Positions 1-7,798 of a DNA stretch of 30,130 nt are shown here, in pieces. Every line of letters starts with the position of its first letter. Position 1 is the stretch's first letter. Source of the DNA: a virus. Taxonomy: Duplodnaviria; Caudoviricetes. The translations under genes and the position numbers were made by a program. Where the stretch lies: IMG/VR virus record IMGVR_UViG_3300026453_000026, positions 1 to 30,130 of that record; one strand, 5' to 3'. The notes beneath the pieces were generated by a model that searched no databases, was not told where the DNA came from, and saw nothing but the letters and a program-made list of their open reading frames with translations.

Positions 1-169
1 TATCTTTTGCTTTCATTGAACGTACAACCTCAACAGGCACTTTACAAAATATCTCAATCATCTTAGATTGCACCTCTGCTTCCTTTGTTAAATCTAATTT
101 GTCAAACTCTTGGTATTGCCCTAGAGTGATTTCATTTAACGTTGTTGGTATGCTTAACTTAACTTTCAT
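1..169 (-). CDS. 5' part of the tail assembly chaperone gene (second copy of 28589..29233, cut by window edge)
   Basis: ATG at 169-167 reads MKVKLSIPTTLNEITLGQYQ, same as the ORF starting at 29233. Confidence 0.9.
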   Translation of the reverse strand, partial: MKVKLSIPTTLNEITLGQYQEFDKLDLTKEAEVQSKMIEIFCKVPVEVVRSMKAKD

Positions 170-173
170 ATTA

Positions 174-200
174 ATATATAAACTTTTTAATTTTATTTTA
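174..200 (-). promoter_or_regulatory. Putative late promoter TAAAATA-N12-TTATATAT, 4 nt before ATG 169
   Basis: Same motif and spacing at 1706, 17435, 19716, 21746, 29238. Confidence 0.7.
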
Positions 201-204
201 GTAA

Positions 205-1413
205 CTAAGATACAGTATATTTGCCCCTGTTTGGGTTTTGTAGTTGAAAGCCTACTGCATAACGAACCGCATCTATTAAATGGTTGTATTTGTCTATTGG
301 TGTATTTGACTTGCGTTCTAACCAACGATAGTTATTTAATTCCTTAATTAAGTTAGTGCTATCTGGACTTACTATAATATCATAATCTTGTAATAAGCTA
401 ATGCCATAAGTAACGCTTCCTTGTCCCTTTATACTTGGACGTACATTACAACCCTTTGCTTTTATTTCGCTTAACAGTCTAGGCTCTGCACTATCTCCAA
501 CAATTAAACCCTCTCTAGCGTGTTTTAAATTAAGTTGTGCTATTTGTGACGTGGTTAGTCTTTGTAAGTAGAAACATTCCTTTAAATATATTCGTTTGTT
601 AGAACTATCTATATTAACTTCAACCAATGTACTTGGGTCAGCAGCGAAACCATAATCTTGACCCCATACGCTTACACTTGTTTTTTTAAATTCGCCTACG
701 CTCCAATTATTAAATATAACTCCCTCCGCTTTGTTTAGCCAAGCTCCTAACATTTGCTGTTTATACTTTTCTGGACGTCTTATCTTCATTTGCTCTATTT
801 GCTCTATATAGCTTTTAGATAAGTTGTCTATATTGTCTTGGTACGTTGTATGTATATAAGTTGTATTTTCTTTAACTGTATTGCTCCCCTCTTGAACCCC
901 TCTATCTTCAAAGAAACGTCTATATATAAAATGCTCTTTTGTAGTTGGGTTTAGTATTAATATAATTCTGTTTGGTTTGCCTTGCTGCCTTACTGACAAA
1001 TCAATAGTGTCAAACTTTTGTTCGTCCACTAGCTCTTCTGCTTCATCTACAACCCACGTTGTAATGCCTTGTAAAGATTTAAGGTTTGCTGTCTGGTCAC
1101 CGCTTGATGTTTTAATCCCTCTGAATATTATTTTACTACCTGTCTTTTTGTTTAGTATCTCGTCTTTGGTAATGTGAAAGTCTGCTATTGAGCCGAACTG
1201 CTCTAGCTTGTCTATAAATTCTGGAATGATTGATATGTAAGCTGAGGTTAGCGTGTAACGTGTAAACAGTATCGTGTGACCTTGTTCATATGTTAGCATC
1301 ACTAAAAGGGCGTTTACTGAAAAAGACTTCCCAGAACCACGCCCACCACTTACTATAAAATACCTACTGTAACTATCAACAATAGGCATATATTTCTTTT
1401 TTACTTTAATCAA
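205..1413 (-). CDS. terL: Terminase large subunit (PBSX/SPP1-like)
   Basis: Walker A GGRGSGKS, Walker B VVDEAEEL, coupling motif LNP, nuclease domain GQDYG ... NHLIDAVRY. Confidence 0.95.
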   Translation of the reverse strand: MIKVKKKYMPIVDSYSRYFIVSGGRGSGKSFSVNALLVMLTYEQGHTILFTRYTLTSAYISIIPEFIDKLEQFGSIADFHITKDEILNKKTGSKIIFRGIKTSSGDQTANLKSLQGITTWVVDEAEELVDEQKFDTIDLSVRQQGKPNRIILILNPTTKEHFIYRRFFEDRGVQEGSNTVKENTTYIHTTYQDNIDNLSKSYIEQIEQMKIRRPEKYKQQMLGAWLNKAEGVIFNNWSVGEFKKTSVSVWGQDYGFAADPSTLVEVNIDSSNKRIYLKECFYLQRLTTSQIAQLNLKHAREGLIVGDSAEPRLLSEIKAKGCNVRPSIKGQGSVTYGISLLQDYDIIVSPDSTNLIKELNNYRWLERKSNTPIDKYNHLIDAVRYAVGFQLQNPNRGKYTVS

Positions 1414-1675
1414 CGAACTTTATTAAATCTCTAAAATTGATGTTTAAACCCTCACTAGAGTTGATGTCAACACTTTCTTTAGGTTTACCATAACGATAGC
1501 TTAAATACAGTTGTACGGCTCTCATATCGCCTTTAGCTACTAACTCCCCTAGTTTACTTATTGCTTCGTCTTTGTCTATTATAGCATCTAAGCGTTCAAT
1601 TAGTTTTTGTTCTATTGCCTTTGGTTTACGTCCAGCACCTTGTCTAGCACCACCATTATTTTTTCTGTTATCCAT
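1406..1675 (-). CDS. Putative terminase small subunit
   Basis: N-terminal GGARQGAGRK motif, YGKP motif, overlaps terL start. Confidence 0.65.
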   Translation of the reverse strand: MDNRKNNGGARQGAGRKPKAIEQKLIERLDAIIDKDEAISKLGELVAKGDMRAVQLYLSYRYGKPKESVDINSSEGLNINFRDLIKFVD

Positions 1676-1705
1676 TTGAAATAAATTGTTTAATCAATCC
1701 TATTA

Positions 1706-1732
1706 ATATATAAACAGAATTATTTTATTTTA
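1706..1732 (-). promoter_or_regulatory. Putative late promoter upstream of terS
   Basis: TAAAATA-N12-TTATATAT-TAAT-AGG; AGG occupies the position where the other copies have ATG. Confidence 0.65.
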
Positions 1733-2242
1733 GCATAATACAGGGTTTTTAACTTTCTTGTTTAGTGTAGCACCTTTTATTTCTGGTATTGTCTTACGCT
1801 TTACTCTAGTCTTTATTAATGCGTTAAATGGGTCTAGTCGTGTTTTTTTAAATTCTTCTACTGTTTCTATGTCCCAGCCTGTTAAGATGTCTATAACGTC
1901 TTGTATTTCTTTTATTGTTTTGTTTGTTTTTATTTCTTTTTTTATCTTGTCTTGTTCTGAATTAAAGAACGGTTTAGATAATACTAGTCCTAGTTCCCTT
2001 ATTATTTGGTCGTGTTTCTTTTTATCTTCAAGACCTATTACGTTTATGCTATTAACGTGGTGCAATATGTTACAGTGGCTTTTTTTAATTACATCGCCCA
2101 CCTCTCTAAATGTAGCTCCACTTTCGTAAGCTAGTTTACTAAATACCTTTTTAGCATAAGAGTAATTTCTTTGTCTTGTATCTAATGATATATCTAAATT
2201 GAACTTTTTATTTACTGCTTCTTTTATTGTTTCTAATTTCAT
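1730..2242 (-). CDS. Protein with DnaA domain IV-like helix-turn-helix
   Basis: TRQRNYSYAKKVFSKLA...TFREVGDVIKKSHCNILH resembles the DnaA C-terminal HTH pattern. Confidence 0.55.
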   Translation of the reverse strand: MKLETIKEAVNKKFNLDISLDTRQRNYSYAKKVFSKLAYESGATFREVGDVIKKSHCNILHHVNSINVIGLEDKKKHDQIIRELGLVLSKPFFNSEQDKIKKEIKTNKTIKEIQDVIDILTGWDIETVEEFKKTRLDPFNALIKTRVKRKTIPEIKGATLNKKVKNPVLC

Positions 2243-2250
2243 AATTGTTT

Positions 2251-2394
2251 TTAATTAAATTCTGCGTGTTCTAAACACTCACTACATAAATCTGTTTCTA
2301 GCCATTGAGAAGCACCGCAGCAATTAGAGCCTATGTATTCTTCTGTATGTGGATTGTCTATTGCGTATTGTATTATTTGTTTTGGTGTTTTCAT
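2251..2394 (-). CDS. 47 aa Cys-rich (zinc-binding) small protein, not in ORF track
   Basis: MKTPKQIIQYAIDNPHTEEYIGSNCCGASQWLETDLCSECLEHAEFN; fills the gap between neighbours. Confidence 0.75.
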   Translation of the reverse strand: MKTPKQIIQYAIDNPHTEEYIGSNCCGASQWLETDLCSECLEHAEFN

Positions 2395-2399
2395 TTTGT

Positions 2400-2534
2400 C
2401 TATATTTTATTGTCTATAACTTCTATTAAGTGTCTAAGGTCTGAGCGTTCCCATTCCCCTAGCTTAACTCCGTTTATGTTGAATTTAAAGTAATCTTTTC
2501 TATCTGTTTTTTCTATTTCTATATTTATATACAT
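2400..2534 (-). CDS. 44 aa hypothetical protein, not in ORF track
   Basis: MYINIEIEKTDRKDYFKFNINGVKLGEWERSDLRHLIEVIDNKI; tightly packed with neighbours. Confidence 0.7.
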   Translation of the reverse strand: MYINIEIEKTDRKDYFKFNINGVKLGEWERSDLRHLIEVIDNKI

Positions 2535-2536
2535 AA

Positions 2537-2995
2537 TTAATCTATTTTAGTGAATTCTGCTATTTGGTTTTTATTATGTTCTTCTTTGTTTTGAAAGTAA
2601 TTATCTACTAGTGCATCAATCATTACTAGCTCATCAATACTAGCTGTTTTTATTTTGTGCATTAAGCTGTCTATTTTGTTTAGTACGTTGGTACACATCT
2701 CTGGGTTGTTATGATATACAGTATTAAATCCCTCTTGATATATTCTCTCTAGTATCTTTGATGTTTTATTGACTTGTAGTTTTACGTTTTGTTTAAATGC
2801 TTTACTGCCTTTTAAATCATCGTTTGCTTCTAGTAGTAATTGACTTATTAATACACATTTTAAATAAGCTAAATGTCTGTCGTTTATTGGCTCATCATAA
2901 ACCCCTCTTACTTGTTCCTGGTGTTCTAGTTCTTTTTGTTCTATTCTTTCGTAGTATTCTTTTTGTTCTTTTCTCATTTGTTTTTTTCTATCCAT
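2537..2995 (-). CDS. Hypothetical helical protein
   Basis: 152 aa ORF packed in the operon. Confidence 0.75.
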   Translation of the reverse strand: MDRKKQMRKEQKEYYERIEQKELEHQEQVRGVYDEPINDRHLAYLKCVLISQLLLEANDDLKGSKAFKQNVKLQVNKTSKILERIYQEGFNTVYHNNPEMCTNVLNKIDSLMHKIKTASIDELVMIDALVDNYFQNKEEHNKNQIAEFTKID

Positions 2996-3204
2996 TGTTG
3001 TTGTTGCTCTCTTAGGTATTCTATCTCACGTCTTAAATAATCTGCTGCTTTTTCTAAGTCTTTTAATTCATCGTCTTTCTTTCCACTTCTGCAAATATAC
3101 TTAATTATATTCCCTCTGTTAAAGTTTAGCTCATAATCTTTTATAAAGTCTATAACGTCATAGCCTTTACCGTTTTCGTAATGTAAATAAGTTGCTCGTT
3201 TCAT
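2974..3204 (-). CDS. DUF3310 family protein (T7 gp1.7 nucleotide kinase-like)
   Basis: HY...DVIDFI...FNRGNIIKYICRSGKK...DLEKAADYLRREI pattern. Confidence 0.85.
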   Translation of the reverse strand: MKRATYLHYENGKGYDVIDFIKDYELNFNRGNIIKYICRSGKKDDELKDLEKAADYLRREIEYLREQQQQWIEKNK

Positions 3205-3210
3205 AATTTT

Positions 3211-3423
3211 TTATCTTTTACTACCATTGATTTTTCTTTTTTTTGCTGGTGGGTTACCTCTTGTAGGTGATATCTTTGACCTTATATTTGTTCTGCTATA
3301 ATAGTTTGTTTGTTTCTGTTCGTCACAAGGTATAAATTTAACTTTATCTTTTTCATTGCTTAACTGTGTTAAATTAACCCACTTACCTTTTATTTTTCTC
3401 CATATATCTTTTTTGTCTTTCAT
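3211..3423 (-). CDS. Basic hypothetical protein
   Basis: 70 aa ORF, ATGA overlap with the HNH gene. Confidence 0.6.
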   Translation of the reverse strand: MKDKKDIWRKIKGKWVNLTQLSNEKDKVKFIPCDEQKQTNYYSRTNIRSKISPTRGNPPAKKRKINGSKR

Positions 3424-3953
3424 AATTTTATTTTATTTAATTCGTTTTGATATGCTTGTGCTGCTTCTTTTTCATCTGTAAATAATCCTAGATATTTTAA
3501 TTTACCATTTATATAAATGTGTGATTGCCATTTTTCAATTTTCTTATTCCAACAAACGCCAACATACTTACTTGAACTCTTAATATGTTTTAAATTAGAA
3601 TTTTCCCTTTGAGTTATAATTTCCAGGTTGTATAAATTATTATTTTCACGATTTATGTCAATATGGTTTACTACTAATTTATGTCCACAAGGTTTGTGGT
3701 CAAGAAACGCAGAAGCCACTAATGAATGTACTGTAATTGTTTTCTTTTTATTATCTTTAGATAAATTCACTCCAAAATATTTTGGGCTTGTTATAGTGTT
3801 TTTTAAAACCGTTCCTTTTATTTTTCGACCCCTAATATCAATCCTATCTAAGCTCCTAACGTTCCCTAAATTACTAACTTGATACAAGCCTTCATATTCT
3901 GGTATGTCCTTCCATACTTCTATCCCTAATCTACTTAATGTTTTTGCTATCAT
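3420..3953 (-). CDS. NUMOD4-HNH homing endonuclease with C-terminal AP2-like domain
   Basis: EVWKDIPEYEGLYQVSNLGNVRS (NUMOD4); VHSLVASAF...VNHIDINRENNNLYNLE (HNH); SSKYVGV...YLGLFTDEKEAAQAY (AP2). Confidence 0.92.
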   Translation of the reverse strand: MIAKTLSRLGIEVWKDIPEYEGLYQVSNLGNVRSLDRIDIRGRKIKGTVLKNTITSPKYFGVNLSKDNKKKTITVHSLVASAFLDHKPCGHKLVVNHIDINRENNNLYNLEIITQRENSNLKHIKSSSKYVGVCWNKKIEKWQSHIYINGKLKYLGLFTDEKEAAQAYQNELNKIKL

Positions 3954-3963
3954 TGTTTTTGTT

Positions 3964-4086
3964 TTATAGTAATGCTAATATTCTTAAATCTTCTTGTATG
4001 TCTTTAATCATTTTTAAAGCGTCTTTATAGTCTTGGTTTTCCATAGCTTCAATAACTATGTCTAGGTCATATACAAATCTAATCAT
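3964..4086 (-). CDS. 40 aa helical hypothetical protein, not in ORF track
   Basis: MIRFVYDLDIVIEAMENQDYKDALKMIKDIQEDLRILALL; starts 1 nt after the MTase stop. Confidence 0.65.
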   Translation of the reverse strand: MIRFVYDLDIVIEAMENQDYKDALKMIKDIQEDLRILALL

Positions 4087-4087
4087 T

Positions 4088-4729
4088 TTAAAATAATTCT
4101 GTTTGGTTTACGTTTTGTTTTTTTATTACCCCTATTGCAGTTTCTAGTATTGTTTTTCCAGCTTCATAGTCCACAAGGTTTCTCGCTATTTTGTTCATAC
4201 GTTGCTCTCCTTTGTATTTTCTAAAATCGTAATCGTGAAATTCTGAAAACGCTTTAACCTCATTTTTAATACGACCTAAGGATGGGTTTTTACGCTTACT
4301 CACAATGTTTGGCAAATTAAAATTAGTCCAGTATAAATGTCTATTTCTTTCTAGTGCTGGAATTAATGGGGTATAAAATGGGATAACATTTTCAACCACA
4401 AACTTACCTTTGAAATAGTGTTTTAAAAAAATAACTTCTTCATAAAGTTTCATATCTGGGTATTTCATTTCTCGCTTAGTTTTCATTGAAACATTAATCC
4501 TACTATGTGTTGGGCAAGGTGGACTACTCCAGATAAAATCAAACTCTTGGTAATGGTCTAATAAGTATTGGTGTGCATCTGCAACTATTACTTTATCGTT
4601 TGGGAAGCGTTCTTGGTATAATCTTGCAAGTTCTTCATCCCATTCAACAGCAGTAACCTCAACGTCTGTAACCTCGTCCCACTTGTAACGGTTACCACCT
4701 AAACAAGCATATAAATTTAATATTTTCAT
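4088..4729 (-). CDS. DNA cytosine-C5 methyltransferase-like protein
   Basis: SAM motif ILNLYACLGG, catalytic SPPC, VVENV motif VI. Confidence 0.85.
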   Translation of the reverse strand: MKILNLYACLGGNRYKWDEVTDVEVTAVEWDEELARLYQERFPNDKVIVADAHQYLLDHYQEFDFIWSSPPCPTHSRINVSMKTKREMKYPDMKLYEEVIFLKHYFKGKFVVENVIPFYTPLIPALERNRHLYWTNFNLPNIVSKRKNPSLGRIKNEVKAFSEFHDYDFRKYKGEQRMNKIARNLVDYEAGKTILETAIGVIKKQNVNQTELF

Positions 4730-5439
4730 TCTGTTCTAAGTTTTAATAAGTGATAACACTCTGTAAATTTTTGACGTGCCTTACCTTTATATTCTTGTTT
4801 AAATAATTCGTACATTTTTTTTGTGTATTGATACTTTGTGTCGCAATCAGCTAAGTATTTTTCTGCAAACTTTTTACCTTTACCTTTAAAGTAGTTTACG
4901 TTATCAGCTGTATCTCCAATTATCATTTGCTCGTAAAAGTTATATAAGGCTTCATCTTCACTTATATCTAAGACCTCTTTATGTTTATAGTGATAGTTAT
5001 AAATTTTGGCTGGAAATTGTCGGTAGTCTTTATCGATTGAAACTATCATAACATTGTCACGCCCTAGTTCATTTGAAAGCTCGTACCAGTATCTAGCAAC
5101 CATATCATCAGTTTCAATTCCATAACCCCAAACGCTGTCGTATTGGTCTTTAACGTATTGATGCATCTCATATAATAAAGGTGGTAACTCTTGCTTTTTT
5201 CTATTGGCTTTGTAGTCGCTTGTGATTAGCTTTCTAAAGTTTCCCTTACTACCGCTAAACGTTAGTACTTTTTCTATCGGATACATATCTTCTAGCTTAT
5301 TGACTATGCTCATAAATTGCTCATCAAACTTCGCTTGAGCTTCTTCTATATCTCGATAGTATTTGTCATCTTCTGGCTTTTCCCGTTTCTTATAACAAGC
5401 AGCAAAGATTAAACTATCTGCATCTACTAGTAGTATCAT
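4726..5439 (-). CDS. 5'-3' exonuclease / RNase H (T7 gp6/flap family)
   Basis: VDADSL, YKANR, ETDD, SIDKD, GDTADN...GKGKKFA motifs. Confidence 0.9.
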   Translation of the reverse strand: MILLVDADSLIFAACYKKREKPEDDKYYRDIEEAQAKFDEQFMSIVNKLEDMYPIEKVLTFSGSKGNFRKLITSDYKANRKKQELPPLLYEMHQYVKDQYDSVWGYGIETDDMVARYWYELSNELGRDNVMIVSIDKDYRQFPAKIYNYHYKHKEVLDISEDEALYNFYEQMIIGDTADNVNYFKGKGKKFAEKYLADCDTKYQYTKKMYELFKQEYKGKARQKFTECYHLLKLRTE

Positions 5440-5558
5440 TTTACATCTAAATTAAAGCATTCAACTGAACAATAATAATCTCCGTTTGTTTCAGAACCAC
5501 AACAAGCACATTCTGTCTTTGTATCTGGTTCGTCTATATAACTATCTAACCAACTCAT
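5436..5558 (-). CDS. 40 aa zinc-finger small protein, not in ORF track
   Basis: MSWLDSYIDEPDTKTECACCGSETNGDYYCSVECFNLDVK; ATGA overlaps at both ends. Confidence 0.75.
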   Translation of the reverse strand: MSWLDSYIDEPDTKTECACCGSETNGDYYCSVECFNLDVK

Positions 5559-5830
5559 ATTTCGTATTGTTTTAAATCGTTTTGTAATTTTTCTATTTGT
5601 TCTTTAAGCTGTACTAACTGATTGTTTTTTTCTTCTCGTATTAAACTTATACGTCTTGACAATACTGTATTCTCAACGTTTAAACCGTTTACATATTGAC
5701 CTATTTCTGTCATTCCTTGCACTATGTTTTTTAAGTCTGTGTTTGCTGGTTTCTCTTTACTCCATTGCATAATTAAATTAGCTATGTGATTGAACCATAA
5801 ATTATAAGACTGTTTTTGTAGCGGTGTCAT
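5555..5830 (-). CDS. Hypothetical coiled-coil protein
   Basis: 91 aa ORF with heptad-like C-terminus. Confidence 0.7.
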   Translation of the reverse strand: MTPLQKQSYNLWFNHIANLIMQWSKEKPANTDLKNIVQGMTEIGQYVNGLNVENTVLSRRISLIREEKNNQLVQLKEQIEKLQNDLKQYEI

Positions 5831-6018
5831 TATATACTAGAACCCATTATTAAACCCAGTGTGAACAATAACAAACCTAAAATCAAAATACTTCCTGTTA
5901 TTATAAGATTTCTATATTCTTGTTGTTTACGTTCTTTTTCTTGTAACTCTTTTTTAGTATAAACCTCTATACGGTTTTTTCTAGTTTCAATGTGTAGTCC
6001 TGTTTTTGTCTTTTTCAT
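5830..6018 (-). CDS. Small protein with C-terminal transmembrane helix (likely start 6018 rather than 6045)
   Basis: LIITGSILILGLLLFTLGLIMG; A-rich region before ATG 6018; a promoter-like box overlaps 6045. Confidence 0.7.
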   Translation of the reverse strand: MKKTKTGLHIETRKNRIEVYTKKELQEKERKQQEYRNLIITGSILILGLLLFTLGLIMGSSI

Positions 6019-6041
6019 AATGTTTGTTTTATTAATATACC

Positions 6042-6082
6042 GCAATATACAACTTTATTTTAGTTATAAACAATTAATTAAC
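6042..6082 (-). promoter_or_regulatory. Host-type -7 promoter variant TATATTGC with upstream GTTAATTAATTGTTT element
   Basis: Near match to Bacteroidota TAnnTTTG; upstream 15-mer shared 14/15 with 29633-29647. Confidence 0.5.
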
Positions 6083-6548
6083 TATTTTTTTTATTTATTT
6101 TTTCTTTTATCTGAAAATAGCTATCCCATATACCAATTTCTAGTTCTTCATTTAAGTTAATTATTGCAGCATCTTTTTCTTTTAACAAGTAACAAGGCTT
6201 TAATATTTTCTTTTTAGTCCATAGCGTAGTGTCGGGACAGTATATGTCTTTTGTTTGTAAGTCTTTTAAATTATTTAGCCAGAACATATAATTGCCTTTA
6301 GGGTCGTTTACTAAATACAAAGCTACCTTACCAGTTTCAATTAGTTTGTCGTACTTAAATTTTTCTATTATTTTGGTGTCATAGTATTTATTTCTAAACT
6401 TCATTTCGATAACACATTCTTGACCTTTGGGCGTTGTACCTATTGCGTCCCAGCTTTCCATTCCGTCCCCTGTATGTTTTAAGTTCCAACCGTCAAGGTT
6501 TAAAAGTGTTACTACTGCTTTTTCCCAGTTATGTATTTTATTTATCAT
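6078..6548 (-). CDS. PD-(D/E)XK nuclease-like protein
   Basis: WDAIG...VIEMKFR catalytic pattern. Confidence 0.65.
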   Translation of the reverse strand: MINKIHNWEKAVVTLLNLDGWNLKHTGDGMESWDAIGTTPKGQECVIEMKFRNKYYDTKIIEKFKYDKLIETGKVALYLVNDPKGNYMFWLNNLKDLQTKDIYCPDTTLWTKKKILKPCYLLKEKDAAIINLNEELEIGIWDSYFQIKEKINKKNS

Positions 6549-6744
6549 TTAATTTGTTATATATATTATCAATATCTTTTATCCACATCACTAATGTTTT
6601 TGGTTTACAGCTACAAGGTTCGTGATACCTATGATTTAAATAACGAGCGTGTAACGTGCATAAAAGCCTGTATTGGTCTTTTGTTAGCTTAGTGGTTACA
6701 TTTGCTTTAAAATCAACCCACGCTTCTTGGTCATCTATTCTCAT
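6538..6744 (-). CDS. 68 aa hypothetical protein with CSC motif (true start probably 6744)
   Basis: MRIDDQEAW start overlaps the upstream stop as ATGA. Confidence 0.65.
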   Translation of the reverse strand: MRIDDQEAWVDFKANVTTKLTKDQYRLLCTLHARYLNHRYHEPCSCKPKTLVMWIKDIDNIYNKLNDK

Positions 6745-6884
6745 AGCTCTATATTTATGTCGTTCCAATCGTTTCTTCTTTTGTCGCAACCGCAATCTTT
6801 ACCTAGTGCTTTGCTAATTTTTTTTACTAGCCAATGAATGCCAGTGTAATAAGTAATGTAATAAACTAAATCTCCTAATCTCAT
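6741..6884 (-). CDS. 47 aa LGD...TGI...DCGC small protein, not in ORF track
   Basis: MRLGDLVYYITYYTGIHWLVKKISKALGKDCGCDKRRNDWNDINIEL; ATGA overlaps at both ends. Confidence 0.75.
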   Translation of the reverse strand: MRLGDLVYYITYYTGIHWLVKKISKALGKDCGCDKRRNDWNDINIEL

Positions 6885-7306
6885 AATTCTTTGTATTTAT
6901 ATAAAAGTTCTTTTTTAATTAAATATGCTTTTTTACTTTTAGTATCTCCTTTACCTATAAATTCTGCATACATTAAATTATTGTCTTTTATGCAGTCTTT
7001 TATTTTATCTGTTAAAAACCAATTATAACTATACCCATCATAAATAACCCAAAACTTAGCCTTAGTTGTCATTAATGCTGATGGTTTATTATTAAATTCT
7101 ATTTCTATAACTATATTGTTAGTGTATTTACTTTTTTCATCTGACTTGACTTCAACCCCAAAATTAACCTCTGGGATAAAAATATCGTATTCTTTATAAT
7201 AACCATCTTTAATATAAGCGTTTTTATATTTAGCTTTAATATAATTTAAAACAACGTTCTCGTGGTGTTTACCTCTTTTTAAATCTCTTTTAAAAGTTTG
7301 TATCAT
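6881..7306 (-). CDS. PD-(D/E)XK restriction-endonuclease-like protein
   Basis: GKHHE...YDIFI...VEVKSD...NIVIE pattern. Confidence 0.65.
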   Translation of the reverse strand: MIQTFKRDLKRGKHHENVVLNYIKAKYKNAYIKDGYYKEYDIFIPEVNFGVEVKSDEKSKYTNNIVIEIEFNNKPSALMTTKAKFWVIYDGYSYNWFLTDKIKDCIKDNNLMYAEFIGKGDTKSKKAYLIKKELLYKYKEL

Positions 7307-7794
7307 AACTTGTTTTTTATATGTTTCTTTGCGTTTGTATATGTATTGTAAAGTGAGTAATAACTTATTTTAGTGTTTCTGCTTAACTCTGCAACGCTTA
7401 CGCCCTTAGCGACTATCTCAAATATTTTTTTATCGTACCAATACATTTCGTTTAATATGCTGTCTATATGGTCACGCTGCTTTGCCCATTCAACCTCATC
7501 TATACCGCTTTCTTGTATTTCTTTAAGCTCGTTAATGTCGTTTAAATAAACCTTTTTCTGTCTTAAGCTTGTCTTGTATAAATTTGTATAAATACCTCTT
7601 AGAACTTTGTAGCAATAGTAATGATTTATCTGGTCTTTATAGTAAAGGTCTAAACCTTTTTTTACATCAGCATCAAGCTGAATATACATTTCCATTACAA
7701 CGTCCTCACTCATTGAGGGGTTGCAACCAAAACTTTTTACTATGTTATTCCAGTCGCTATGCTTTTTATAAGCTAGTTCTAAAATTGGTGTCAT
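7303..7794 (-). CDS. Phage-encoded ECF-like RNA polymerase sigma factor
   Basis: Region 2-like SEDVVMEMYIQL; region 4 HTH-like DKKIFEIVAKGVSVAELSRNTKISYYSLYNTYTNAKKHIK; 163 aa. Confidence 0.75.
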   Translation of the reverse strand: MTPILELAYKKHSDWNNIVKSFGCNPSMSEDVVMEMYIQLDADVKKGLDLYYKDQINHYYCYKVLRGIYTNLYKTSLRQKKVYLNDINELKEIQESGIDEVEWAKQRDHIDSILNEMYWYDKKIFEIVAKGVSVAELSRNTKISYYSLYNTYTNAKKHIKNKL

Positions 7795-7798
7795 TTAT

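Larger units (their letters stand above)
1..659. repeat. Terminal overlap copy 1 (haplotype without cassette); 1-206 matches 29065-29270 and 205-659 matches 29676-30130
   Basis: Direct alignment by eye; about 3 differences in the first ~205 bp and about 22 in the terL part. Confidence 0.95.

Noticed and set aside
1-659. True direct terminal repeat of a packaged genome
   Set aside because: Copies differ by many silent SNPs and a 407 bp indel; a physical DTR should be identical
6745-6795. N-terminal extension of ORF 6538..6795
   Set aside because: Overlaps a better 47 aa ORF (6741..6884); ATG 6744 is translationally coupled
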